The notes: a model not told the origin generated them from the sequence alone. Numbered from the stretch's first letter, positions 26,215 to 35,213 are shown. The stretch is DNA of 46,939 nt from Hadesarchaea archaeon (GCA_030672285.1 DAOVGS010000046.1:1-46939), one strand, 5' to 3'. Numbers and translations are program-made.

Positions 26215-27123
26215 GTGTTGAAATCTTTCAGACGTGAAGCCAAATCGCTTTCGAGAAGCGGGCGGCACTCGAGGAGACGGGGAAAGGAGTCCAGGATTGC
26301 TACCCTCAAGGAGCGTGCCGAGGCCCTGCCGAAACCCGAGTGGATAAAGATTGGGGTCCCTGGATTTGACGAGTTGCTCGAGAAGGGAATCCCCAAGGGC
26401 ACGAACATCCTCATCGCCGGAGGTCCAGGAACCGGGAAGACCATCTTCTGCCTCCAGACTCTCTACAACGCGGCCCGCGAGGGGCACGACTGCCTCTACG
26501 TCACCTTCGAGGAGGCACCCTGGAGACTGCGGCGGCACATGGAGGAATTCGGCTGGGATGTCAAAAAAGTGGAGAGAAGGGGTACCCTGTGGGAGCTCGT
26601 GGTTGGGAAAGCTGGAAAAAGCGGTTCGCTGATCATCCGAAAGCTCGACCCACTTCAAATAGCTCGCTCGGTCGAGGGGCTGCTGGCGAAAGCCGCCGGG
26701 CGGCTTTCCATAGAAATAAAGGGGATACCCGAGCTCGTTCCAGCCGCTCTGACCCCATACATGATAGTTCTCGACTCGCTTTCCGCCCTGGAGTCAGCCT
26801 TCACCGGGAAACCAGGGGGCTACCGCATCTACATCGATCAGCTCTTCAGGCTTTTCCAGGAGGTCGGGGCAACCACCTTCGTGATAACTGAAACCGAAGA
26901 GGCCCCCGAGCGATACTCGCGCACGGGTGTCGAGGAGTTCCTCGCGGACGGGGTCTTCGTGCTCTATAACACCAAGATACGCGGCCTGCGGGTTCAAGCG
27001 ATCGAGATCCTGAAGCTGCGGGGGGCCAAGCACGAGCGAAAAATCGTCCCCATCCAGATAACCTCCAAGGGAATGACCGTGTTTCCGAGCGAGACCATTT
27101 ACGGGGCAGAAGAGTTGAGATAA
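26215..27123 (+). CDS. Single-domain KaiC-like (RecA-superfamily) ATPase
   Basis: IKIGVPGFDELLEKGIPKGTNILIAGGPGTGKTIFCLQ (Walker A), YMIVLDSLSAL (Walker B), ..VLYN.......R..EILKLRGAKHE....P..I...G. TATA-like cttataaaata lies ~30 nt upstream. Confidence 0.85.
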   Translation: MLKSFRREAKSLSRSGRHSRRRGKESRIATLKERAEALPKPEWIKIGVPGFDELLEKGIPKGTNILIAGGPGTGKTIFCLQTLYNAAREGHDCLYVTFEEAPWRLRRHMEEFGWDVKKVERRGTLWELVVGKAGKSGSLIIRKLDPLQIARSVEGLLAKAAGRLSIEIKGIPELVPAALTPYMIVLDSLSALESAFTGKPGGYRIYIDQLFRLFQEVGATTFVITETEEAPERYSRTGVEEFLADGVFVLYNTKIRGLRVQAIEILKLRGAKHERKIVPIQITSKGMTVFPSETIYGAEELR

Positions 27124-27139
27124 AAGTTTCGCTGGATGC

Positions 27140-29524
27140 GTGGAGGTGAGTGACTTGGGGTGGAATAAGGTGAAGAAGTCGCTGGGGGTGCTCCTAGCTG
27201 GGCTGTTGTTAACATTTGCTTTCTCATTTTTCACTCCACTCGCCGATGCCACTTCGTGGTCAACGAGCTACGACAGCCCCGAGGACTACATTCGTTCGCT
27301 TGTGGTCTACGAAAACAAACTCTATGCGGGCAGTGGCGGCGACAACGGTATAATCTATGTTTACGACGGCAGCACTTGGTCTGAGAACTTTGCCAGCCCC
27401 CAATACAACATTTACTGCCTTGCGGAATACGACAACAAACTCTATGCGGGCAGTGGCGGCGACAACGGTATAATCTATGTTTACGATGGCAGCACTTGGT
27501 CCGTCAGTTATGAAAATGAAATCGAAACCGACATTCTCTCGCTCGCGGTCTACGGCGACAACCTATATGCAGGTACTTACCCTAATGGTCGAATCCTTAC
27601 CTACGACGGCAGCACTTGGTCCGAGAGCTACGACAGCCCCGAGACCTACATTTTCTCGCTTGCAGTATATGGTGACAACCTCTATGCGGGTACCTACCTT
27701 AATGCTCTGATCCTTACCTACGATGGTAGCACTTGGTCCACAGGCTACGACCATCCCTTCGAGAAAGGCGTTTACTCGCTCGCGGTCTACAACGACAAAC
27801 TCTACGCGGGCACCTCCCTTAATGGTCTGATCATTACCTACGACGGCAGCACCTGGTCCACGAGCTACGATACTCCCGAAGCCACCATTTACTCGCTCGC
27901 TGTCTATGATAACAAGCTCTATGCGGGCACAGCCCCTCATGGTCTTGTCCTTGCCCACGATGGCAGCACTTGGTCCGAGAGCTACGAAGGCCTCGAGATT
28001 GAGATTCGCTCGCTCGCTGTCTATGGCGACAAGCTCTATGCGGGAACGGGCACCAATGGTCTGATCCTTGAGGGGATCAAGTTTGATTTTTCAATAAGTG
28101 CGTCACCGGACAACGTAACGCTAGCGTGTGGTGATTCAGCCACCTCGGAGATCACGGTGAGTCTCGTCTCAGCTACAGCCGAAACCGTGTCGTTGAGCGG
28201 GGCGTGGGTGGGAACGGAGCCGACGGGGGTCAGCACAAGTTTTAGTCAATCATTGGGTACCCCAACCTTTAGCAGCACCCTGACCTTCACGGCGACCTCC
28301 ACCGCGAGCGCTGGAACCTTTACCTATGGGGTCACGGGCACAGATGGTGGTTTAACGCGGACGGATAATCTTACGGTAACGATAGTGGCACCAACAACAG
28401 CCCCCTCATTGGTGTCACCGGAGGATGGGACGGCAATCGATGTCCTCACCCCAACGTTCAACTGGTCAGATGTCGCGGGGGCCGAGTCCTACACGGTGGA
28501 GGTGGCAACTGATAACAATTTTACAAACATTGTTCGTACCAAAAGTTCGATAAACAATATCGTAACTCTCTCCGAAGATGAAAAGTTGTCGTATGGAACT
28601 CGCTACTACTGGAGGGTTAGGGGAACAAACGCCGCAGGATCTGGAGATTGGTCATCAACTTGGAGCTTCACCGCCAAGCTGGCCGCTCCGAAAGTCACCA
28701 GCTTTCAAATCGCTGCTGGAGCCGCGTACACGAAATCCACTACCGTCGAGCTTACCATCACCGCACAGAACAAGGTCGAGATATCATTCTCGAGCGACGG
28801 GGTGGTTTGGGGTGAATGGGAATCCTTCCAAGCCTCAAAATCTTATGCTCTATCGACTGGCGATGGCTCCAAAAATGTGTATGTCAGGGTGAGGGACAAC
28901 GCCAGTGATGTCAGCCAGACAGTGGTGGGCTCGATAACCCTAGATCAAACCCCTCCGAGCACGGACAAGGATTTATCAGGAGATTTGGGTGCAGAAGGCT
29001 ACAAGGGTTCAGTGGTAGTCACGCTCGCGAGCACGGACGAAACTTCCGGCGTCGAATCAACGAAATACCGGGTCGATGGCGGCGAATGGCGAACGGGTGA
29101 AACTTTTGTGATATCGGAGGAAGGTGAGCACATCGTCGAATACTACTCAACGGATGCAGCGGGGAACACCGAAGAATCTACAACGTTCGAGGTGACGGTG
29201 TACAGCCCAACCGCTATCCCGCCCATCCTCTCCCAATACTGGTGGGCAATCCTATCGATCATCGTGGTGGCCGGGGTCGTTACGATTTTCGCCACCCGGA
29301 AGATCAGGCTCTCAGGCAGGCTCAAGCGGATCACGAGGGAGAAGGCGGAGATCCTGAAGCTGAAGCGAGAGGCGGAGGTGAAGTACTTCCGCGAGGGCTC
29401 CATCTCCCGAGACACTTTCGACGCACTGATCAAGGACTACGAGAGGCGAAAGGCAGAGCTCGAGAAGGAGGAGAGGGTGCTGCAGGCGAAGGTCAAGCGC
29501 AAAGTTAAGGGAGCGGAAAGCTAG
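27140..29524 (+). CDS. Type-I membrane surface protein: signal peptide, 7-bladed propeller (Reg_prop-like repeats), Ig/FN3-like domains, TM, cytoplasmic coiled-coil tail
   Basis: Seven ~40-aa repeats of the form (S)LAVY.(D/N)KLYAGT...G.I..YDGSTWS. The FN3-like segment ends in YYWRVRGTNAAGSGDWSS. TM is YWWAILSIIVVAGVVTIFA, and the tail is KRITREKAEILKLKREAEVKY..KAELEKEERVLQAKV. The true start may be GTG 27170 (MKKSLGVLLAGLLL). Confidence 0.75.
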   Translation: MEVSDLGWNKVKKSLGVLLAGLLLTFAFSFFTPLADATSWSTSYDSPEDYIRSLVVYENKLYAGSGGDNGIIYVYDGSTWSENFASPQYNIYCLAEYDNKLYAGSGGDNGIIYVYDGSTWSVSYENEIETDILSLAVYGDNLYAGTYPNGRILTYDGSTWSESYDSPETYIFSLAVYGDNLYAGTYLNALILTYDGSTWSTGYDHPFEKGVYSLAVYNDKLYAGTSLNGLIITYDGSTWSTSYDTPEATIYSLAVYDNKLYAGTAPHGLVLAHDGSTWSESYEGLEIEIRSLAVYGDKLYAGTGTNGLILEGIKFDFSISASPDNVTLACGDSATSEITVSLVSATAETVSLSGAWVGTEPTGVSTSFSQSLGTPTFSSTLTFTATSTASAGTFTYGVTGTDGGLTRTDNLTVTIVAPTTAPSLVSPEDGTAIDVLTPTFNWSDVAGAESYTVEVATDNNFTNIVRTKSSINNIVTLSEDEKLSYGTRYYWRVRGTNAAGSGDWSSTWSFTAKLAAPKVTSFQIAAGAAYTKSTTVELTITAQNKVEISFSSDGVVWGEWESFQASKSYALSTGDGSKNVYVRVRDNASDVSQTVVGSITLDQTPPSTDKDLSGDLGAEGYKGSVVVTLASTDETSGVESTKYRVDGGEWRTGETFVISEEGEHIVEYYSTDAAGNTEESTTFEVTVYSPTAIPPILSQYWWAILSIIVVAGVVTIFATRKIRLSGRLKRITREKAEILKLKREAEVKYFREGSISRDTFDALIKDYERRKAELEKEERVLQAKVKRKVKGAES

Positions 29525-29550
29525 AAGAGGAGTAATTGATTAATTTTCCG

Positions 29551-31344
29551 CTACATCACCCCATACGTGGGATCCTCACGCTGTTTGATCGCAATTATCT
29601 CGTCCAACACCGCTAGCTCGTCCCCTGAGAGCAGGTCCCGCAAGTCCCGCTTCAGGGCGAGCACATGGTCCCTGGGCACATCGACATATAGAGTATCGCC
29701 TTCCTGAAGGTTGCGCCCGACCACCCCGCCCTCAATCGAAACGGCGAGCTCGTCCCCCAGCTTCGCCTCCTGCACGGATTTTTTCTCCTTTTGTAACTCG
29801 CGAATCGTCCCCGCCGAGCGCCCGTCCCTGCGCATGAGCGGGTACTTGGGCCTCAGCACCCCTCCCAGCACGTCGACCCCCACGATTGCCGGGCGGCTGC
29901 GCCTGAACACGAAGCCAAGCTTGAGCGCGAACTTCCCGGGCCTGATGTAAACCTCGAGCCTCTTCGCCCGGATCTCCCCACGTCGCTTTTTCGCCCAGTC
30001 CTCGTAGCCCTCCAGGAGCCTGTAGATGACCTCATCGTGCAGCACGGACACCCCCTCGCACTCCGCCTCGGTCTGCGCGTCGGGCAAGACCTTCACGTTG
30101 AATGCCAGCACCACTCCGAGCAGGGGGTCGCTCTTCGCTACGCCCACAGCTTCAACCACATCACGCCTCGAAACGTCACCGATATCCGCGCGGCGAATCG
30201 GCACCCCCTTGGCTTGGAGCTGCCCCTCGAGCGCCTCAAGCGAACCCAAAGCATCCGCCCTGAGCACGACTCCATTGATATCCTTGCTTATCCGAATGCG
30301 CTCCATCTCTTGCTGGAGCTCCTGCCATAACTTCCCAGCCTCCGACGCATCCTTGATCGCCCACAGCGGGGCCCCAGCGATGACTCCCTCGAGATCGGGC
30401 GCTGCGACTTTAACCCCGGCCGCCGCGGACACGCTCTCGACGGCCTTGAACTTGTCTTCGGGGTCGCGAATCTCGTCGAGTGGTTTTGGCTGGAGTAGGG
30501 CCCGGACCTTGGAGGTGATTACTTTATCGAGCCCTCCGACGGCAAAGGTGTTCCCCCTTGCGAGCGTACCATCATACACGATGACATCGATGACCTTCCC
30601 CAGCCCGACCTCCTCCTTCACCTCGAGCACAGTCCCCCGCGCCGGGCCCGTCACCTCGACCATCAACTCGCGCTCGAGAAACCGCTGCGCCAACCCGGTG
30701 AGCACCGTGAGGACCTCGGGCACCCCTTCGCCCGTCTTGGCGCTCGCGGGCACGATGCTCACCTGCCTGCGGAAATCGCTCACCCGGTCGAAGCGCTCGC
30801 CCTCGAAGCCAAGCTCGTGGAGTTTGCCGACCAGCTCGTAGATTTTGTCGTCGAGCGCGCGCTGCACCTCGATGCGCTGGCGGGCGAAGGAGTCAAGAAA
30901 GCATGCCTTGGGCGACGGCTGCCACCCTGGTAGGAGGTCGATTTTGTTGGCGACGAGCATGAAGGGGGTTTTGTAAGATTTCAAAATCGTCAGCGACTCG
31001 AGCGTCTGAGGCATGAAGCCCTCGTTGATATCGACGACGAGGGCGGCTAGGTCGGCTAGGGCTCCCCCGCGGCGGCGCAGGTTGGTGAATGCCTCGTGGC
31101 CAGGGGTGTCGATGAAAAGCAGGCCAGGGAGCATCACTTTTATTTTAAACTTTTCGAGCAGATCACCGCAAATTTGCTTGATGGTGTCCGCCGGTACCTC
31201 GCTTGCACCTACGTGTTGGGTTATTGCACCCGCTTCGCGTGCGGCAACGGCGGTCCCCCTGATGCTATCCAATAGAAGCGTCTTGCCGTGGTCGACGTGG
31301 CCCAGCACCGAGATTATCGGCTGGCGTACCCTTCGCTCCCGCAT
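29551..31344 (-). CDS. infB: Translation initiation factor aIF5B (IF2-type GTPase)
   Basis: [38 protein letters not shown]. About 600 aa. ATG 31344 is preferred over TTG 31356. Confidence 0.95.
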   Translation of the reverse strand: MRERRVRQPIISVLGHVDHGKTLLLDSIRGTAVAAREAGAITQHVGASEVPADTIKQICGDLLEKFKIKVMLPGLLFIDTPGHEAFTNLRRRGGALADLAALVVDINEGFMPQTLESLTILKSYKTPFMLVANKIDLLPGWQPSPKACFLDSFARQRIEVQRALDDKIYELVGKLHELGFEGERFDRVSDFRRQVSIVPASAKTGEGVPEVLTVLTGLAQRFLERELMVEVTGPARGTVLEVKEEVGLGKVIDVIVYDGTLARGNTFAVGGLDKVITSKVRALLQPKPLDEIRDPEDKFKAVESVSAAAGVKVAAPDLEGVIAGAPLWAIKDASEAGKLWQELQQEMERIRISKDINGVVLRADALGSLEALEGQLQAKGVPIRRADIGDVSRRDVVEAVGVAKSDPLLGVVLAFNVKVLPDAQTEAECEGVSVLHDEVIYRLLEGYEDWAKKRRGEIRAKRLEVYIRPGKFALKLGFVFRRSRPAIVGVDVLGGVLRPKYPLMRRDGRSAGTIRELQKEKKSVQEAKLGDELAVSIEGGVVGRNLQEGDTLYVDVPRDHVLALKRDLRDLLSGDELAVLDEIIAIKQREDPTYGVM

Positions 31345-31451
31345 TTCTGACACCAAGTTAATGGTGAGCGCCTTAATTTAAGTGGGCATCGCAGCTAGCC
31401 GCGTCCAACGCTGGACATTCGTCTCGTCATTTTTACTTAGCGCCCAGTTAG

Positions 31452-31467
31452 TGGCGAACGTTCGACA
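31452..31467. promoter_or_regulatory. Near-perfect copy (15/16) of the palindrome TGGCGAACGTTCG(a)CA, ~115 nt upstream of the aIF5B start
   Basis: tggcgaacgttcgaca. A second small hairpin, gtcca-acgc-tggac, lies at 31403-31416. Confidence 0.45.
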
Positions 31468-31473
31468 TTGAAA

Positions 31474-31495
31474 ATCGTGTTGATGAATACACGAT
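31474..31495 (-). terminator. Hairpin (7-bp stem, 8-nt loop) plus U-tract just downstream of ndk
   Basis: atcgtgt tgatgaat acacgat. On the minus strand it begins 18 nt after the ndk stop (31513) and is followed by TTTTC. Confidence 0.4.
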
Positions 31496-31512
31496 CTTCC
31501 CAAAACTAACAA

Positions 31513-31911
31513 CTAGAAAAATAGGGATAGCTCCTGTCTAGTACTTTCCGCGGAATCCGCAGCGTGAATGATATTCTCCGTAATGCTAGACCCGAAATCA
31601 CCTCGAATCGTCCCCTTCGCGGCCTTGGCCGGGTCGGTGGCGCCCGAGAGCTCACGCATCCGCGCTATCGCTCGCTCTCCCTCGACCAGCATCACGACCA
31701 CCTCGCCCGATAACACGTGCTCGACCAAACGCTCGAAAAAATCATTTCCCCGATGCACCGAGTAAAGCTCCTCAGCAAGCCCGCGATCGAGCTTCATCCG
31801 ACGCATCGAAACTATTTTCAAGCCAGCCCGCTCGACCCGCGCGACAATCTCATCGGTCAGCCCCTTCGCCACCCCATCCGGCTTCACCATGACGAAGGTT
31901 CGCTCCCTCAA
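31513..31911 (-). CDS. ndk: Nucleoside diphosphate kinase
   Basis: (M)RERTFVMVKPDGVAKGLTDEIVARVERAGLKIV.....L.R..AEELY..H.....F..LV..........V.EGE.AI...R...G.TDP..A..GTIRGDFG.....N.IH..DS. TTG 31911 overlaps the L24e stop as TTGA. The ORF track starts at GTG 31947. Confidence 0.9.
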   Translation of the reverse strand: MRERTFVMVKPDGVAKGLTDEIVARVERAGLKIVSMRRMKLDRGLAEELYSVHRGNDFFERLVEHVLSGEVVVMLVEGERAIARMRELSGATDPAKAAKGTIRGDFGSSITENIIHAADSAESTRQELSLFF

Positions 31912-32099
31912 GCCTTTCCCCTCGCCTTTCGGGAGCGCTCGGTCCACTCCACGCGGTGCGGCTTCCGCCCCATCTCTAGGTTACGCTCGCACTTGCTCGA
32001 ACAGAGGAACAAGACAGACCCATCTCGCCGGACAAACATCAAGCCTGTGCCGGGCTCTACCCGCCCGCCGCAGAAGGAGCACTTTCTCGCGACTGGCAT
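31908..32099 (-). CDS. rpl24e: 50S ribosomal protein L24e
   Basis: MPVARKCSFCGGRVEPGTGLMFVRRDGSVLFLCSSKCERNLEMGRKPHRVEWT. Confidence 0.9.
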   Translation of the reverse strand: MPVARKCSFCGGRVEPGTGLMFVRRDGSVLFLCSSKCERNLEMGRKPHRVEWTERSRKARGKA

Positions 32100-32100
32100 C

Positions 32101-32319
32101 TTATGGCACCCTGATCTCCCTCGCCTCTCGCCCCGTCTCGCGGAGCATCAGGATATCACCCACGCGCACAGGGCCCTTGACGTTGCGGGTTATGATGCGC
32201 CCCTTGTCCTGCCCCTCGAGGACCCGGCACTTGACCTGTGAGATTTCCCCGGTTATGCCCGTGCGCGTCCGGATATCAATTACCTCGGCTGGAAAGCCGA
32301 GATCCTCCCTGACCGGCAT
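32101..32319 (-). CDS. rps28e: 30S ribosomal protein S28e
   Basis: [70 protein letters not shown] 32319 is preferred over GTG 32328. Confidence 0.9.
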   Translation of the reverse strand: MPVREDLGFPAEVIDIRTRTGITGEISQVKCRVLEGQDKGRIITRNVKGPVRVGDILMLRETGREAREIRVP

Positions 32320-32324
32320 TGAGC

Positions 32325-32696
32325 TCACTTCTTAAGCTCTTTGATGCGCTCGACGACCTCATTTACGGCTGCCGTCGCTCCTCCGGCCTCGGCTATCGTG
32401 ATCGCCGCTGCCCCGACGTCTATGCCCGCTGCCGCCCCGAGCTCGCGCTTGCTGGGAACATAAATGTATGGAATGCCCTTTTCGTCGCAAAGCGGGGGCA
32501 GGTGGGCGACGACCTCAGGCGGCTCGACGTCCTCGGCTATGACCACCAGCACGGCCTGCTTCCGCTCGACCACTTTCGTCGTCTCGTTCGTGCCCTTCCG
32601 AAGCTTTCCCGTATCGCGCGCGCCCTCGACTGCCTCGTAGGCCTTGTCCGCAAGCTCCTTGGGCACCTCAAACCGTACGTAAATTGGCTTTGCCAC
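32325..32696 (-). CDS. rpl7ae: 50S ribosomal protein L7Ae (K-turn binding protein)
   Basis: GTG start with GGAGGT upstream. [23 protein letters not shown]...[43 protein letters not shown]. Confidence 0.95.
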   Translation of the reverse strand: MAKPIYVRFEVPKELADKAYEAVEGARDTGKLRKGTNETTKVVERKQAVLVVIAEDVEPPEVVAHLPPLCDEKGIPYIYVPSKRELGAAAGIDVGAAAITIAEAGGATAAVNEVVERIKELKK

Positions 32697-32704
32697 TCAA
32701 TACC

Positions 32705-32731
32705 TCCTTCAGGTTTTAACCTCCATCATTC
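32705..32731 (-). promoter_or_regulatory. Box C/D-like K-loop motif in the L7Ae 5' leader, overlapping the SD
   Basis: The minus-strand RNA reads GAAUGAUGGAGGUUAAAACCUGAAGGAGGUAUUGA-GUG. AUGAUGG (C-box-like) and CUGA (D box) can form G.A/A.G/U.U/G-C/G-C closed by a 9-nt loop. I found no clear canonical stem. Confidence 0.35.
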
Positions 32732-32776
32732 ATGGGTAGTGGCTCGTATCCCTTTAAAAACGTGTGTTATTTTAAC

Positions 32777-34546
32777 TTATCTATGCCCGTAAACCACGAT
32801 GAGCTTCGGCCTTGCTACATCGACCCGAACGAATCCATAGCGCTCGAATTGTACAATGGTGTCGACTTTAAGCCCCGCCACCGCCGGCTCGGCAATCCCC
32901 AGCTCGCGGGAGTTGTCCGGCCTTATCACTTCGACCTCCACCGCCCCGGCTGAGACCCACTGGATTTTTTGAACATCCGCGAGCTCAAGCCCCTGAAACT
33001 CGACCTCGACCACCCTTCCCTTCGAACTAAGGGACACATTCATCAAGTCCTTGAGGCGGAAGGTTTGTCCCTCCTGCAGGGCTGCGACATCCTCACTTGC
33101 AAGATAGAACACGAGTGCATCGTCCTCGCTCGCGAGCGGCAAAATCCGTTCCCCGTGCTCGGGGTGGCCCGGGTGCAAGCGAAGCCGGACCTGCTTTAGG
33201 TCGGGTGCCTTGTGCACGAGCGTCTTTACGGGATTCGGGACGAAAAAATAGCGGTTCGCTCGCTCATCGGCGAACTTTCGGTTGTAGGCGTAGAGAGTCT
33301 CCCAGCTTAGCGAGGCATCGACGAGCGTTGGGCCGATATCTAAGATAAGCTGCTTGATCGCCTCGGGCACGAAGCCCCGGCGCCTGAGCGCTGCGATCGT
33401 GCCCAGCCTCACGTCGTCGTGCCCCGTGAGCTCCCCGCTCTGGATGCTTCGCATGGTCTGGGTCTTGCTCAGCGCAACCCCTGCCATGCTCAGGCGCCCG
33501 TACTGAACCGCCGTGGGGTACTCCCAACCTAAATGCTCGAAGAGCGTGCGCTGGCGCTGCTCGTTGACCTCGTGCTCCTTTCCGCGGATGACGTGAGTGA
33601 TCTCCATCTCGTGGTCATCGATGGTTACCGAGAAGTTGTAGAGGGGCCAGACCGAGTAGCGCTCCCCAACGCGCGGGTGGGGCTTGGTCGTCACCCGAAG
33701 CGCGGGCCAATCGCGCACCGCGGGGTTTGGGTGACTCAGATCGGTCTTGATGCGCACGACTGCCTCTCCCTTGGCGACCCCACCTGCTAACATCAGCCTC
33801 CATCGCTGAAGTTGCTCCCCGCTCGAAAGCTCGCGGCATGGGCAGGGCTTCCCCCGGTCGCGCAGCCTCCTGAAGTCCTTGATCGGGCAAGTGCACACGT
33901 ACGCCTTGCCCTCGCGCAGGAGCTGCTCCGCATAATTGTAGTAGAGTTCGAGTCGGTCGGACTGCGCGTACTCCTCGTCCCAGCTCATGTCAAGCCATCG
34001 GAGGTCCCGGCGGATGAGCTCGTACATCTCGAGGAGCGCGTTCTCAGGGTTCGTGTCCTCGAAGCGCAGGATGAACTTGCCCTTATAGCGGCGGGCGTAC
34101 TCGTGGCTTAGGAGGGCCGCTCGAACGTGGCCTATGTGGAGCGGGCCATTGGGGTTCGGGGCGAAGCGGGTGATGACCATCGGATATTTTTCGACATCGG
34201 AGAGCTCGGGCAAACCGCGCCGCTCCTCGGGCTTCGGTCGCTCCACGGGGCCCACCTTGCGAAGGCTGAAGAGCTGCTCCTCGCGGGGGAGCTCGTTGAC
34301 CTCAGCCACGACCTGCTCGACGAGGGCGGAGAGCTCCTTGACCTTGGAACGCCACCCCGGCAGCTCCGCCACCAGCTTCCCAAGCACGGCTTTCGTGCTC
34401 GCTCGCCCCTCGTGCTCGAGAGCGTTCGTGAGGGCCCATCGGAGCGCTTCCCTGCGGACATCCTCCACCCGATCACTCGACAGACATTCTATTGGCACTG
34501 CAAATAAAGCTGAAGTGCTGGTTCCGAAAAATCGATTAATCGTCAT
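32777..34546 (-). CDS. gltX: Glutamyl-tRNA synthetase (archaeal type)
   Basis: Class-I HIGH motif PNPNGPLHIGHVRAAL. An LSKTQ (KMSKS-like) motif. Archaeal GluRS length (589 aa). Confidence 0.9.
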   Translation of the reverse strand: MTINRFFGTSTSALFAVPIECLSSDRVEDVRREALRWALTNALEHEGRASTKAVLGKLVAELPGWRSKVKELSALVEQVVAEVNELPREEQLFSLRKVGPVERPKPEERRGLPELSDVEKYPMVITRFAPNPNGPLHIGHVRAALLSHEYARRYKGKFILRFEDTNPENALLEMYELIRRDLRWLDMSWDEEYAQSDRLELYYNYAEQLLREGKAYVCTCPIKDFRRLRDRGKPCPCRELSSGEQLQRWRLMLAGGVAKGEAVVRIKTDLSHPNPAVRDWPALRVTTKPHPRVGERYSVWPLYNFSVTIDDHEMEITHVIRGKEHEVNEQRQRTLFEHLGWEYPTAVQYGRLSMAGVALSKTQTMRSIQSGELTGHDDVRLGTIAALRRRGFVPEAIKQLILDIGPTLVDASLSWETLYAYNRKFADERANRYFFVPNPVKTLVHKAPDLKQVRLRLHPGHPEHGERILPLASEDDALVFYLASEDVAALQEGQTFRLKDLMNVSLSSKGRVVEVEFQGLELADVQKIQWVSAGAVEVEVIRPDNSRELGIAEPAVAGLKVDTIVQFERYGFVRVDVARPKLIVVYGHR

Positions 34547-34721
34547 TTCTCGGCAATTTTTATCTATTTTTTTAGACTTTTTAATCGATTAATCATTATT
34601 TTTCGGCAATTAAATCGAAAGGGTTCTAAAGACCTTCAGGCCCCTAACCTTATTTAACTCCATGACAAGAACAACAATATTTTTAATCTAGGTAAAAAGT
34701 TAATATTAAAAGGTGACTAAA

Positions 34722-34997
34722 ATGGAACCTAAAAAGCGTTTTTCAACCGAAGAAGCTAAGAAAATTGGTGAAGCATTAGGGATTGATTGGAAAAATTTTG
34801 ATGTAGAACAGTTTAGAATGGGACTGGATGTAGAATTAGAACATGGATTGAGAGATCCCAAAACTAATGTCACGAATGATGATCCAATAATGACTGGAAA
34901 GATTGCTCTTGCCCACCTAAATGAATTTCCAGATTACTACACCAGACTTGAAAAAATGGAGGAAGAGGCAGAAGGATATTGGGAAAAGAAAAGCTGA
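34722..34997 (+). CDS. Small DUF5661-like protein
   Basis: MEPKKRFSTEEAKKIGEALGIDWKNFDVEQFRMGLDVELEHGLRDPKTNVTNDDPIMTGKIALAHLNEFPDYYTRLEKME. The G(L)(D/E)VELEHG...TNVTNDD...IALAHL...PDYY pattern matches my recollection of that family. Very AT-rich. ATG 34722 has AAGGTGA upstream. Confidence 0.55.
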   Translation: MEPKKRFSTEEAKKIGEALGIDWKNFDVEQFRMGLDVELEHGLRDPKTNVTNDDPIMTGKIALAHLNEFPDYYTRLEKMEEEAEGYWEKKS

Positions 34998-35213
34998 AGA
35001 ATTCCTTTTACCGTTAAGGGTAAGCATCTGACCTTCAAAGATCAGCAAAAACAAATCTCCCCTGAAAACAAACTCCATGCCGAAAGAAAGTAAATAATGA
35101 GGATTTTTGGCAGAAGGGGTTACAATAAACGATATCTGGGTCTCGAACTTGGGGAAACGTCAAAAAAAAGTCAAAGTTTCATCGATTTATTTAGGAATTT
35201 TTCGGACTTTTTC

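Noticed and set aside
26200-26658. 152-aa minus-strand ORF overlapping the 5' half of the KaiC-like gene.
   Set aside because: The plus strand has an unambiguous Walker A/B KaiC-like protein, and the antisense product has no motifs.
27250-28080. Regularly spaced ~120-bp repeats that could superficially suggest a repeat array or CRISPR.
   Set aside because: They are in-frame propeller blades of a long ORF. The spacers are homologous to each other, and there is no short palindromic repeat or leader.
30026-30841. 271-aa plus-strand ORF antisense to aIF5B. Similar shadow ORFs lie at 13424-13987, 38062-38499, 39843-40499 and 42447-43019.
   Set aside because: These are typical GC-rich antisense shadow ORFs. 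They have Ser/Pro/Arg/Ala-biased composition and are fully contained in well-supported genes on the other strand.
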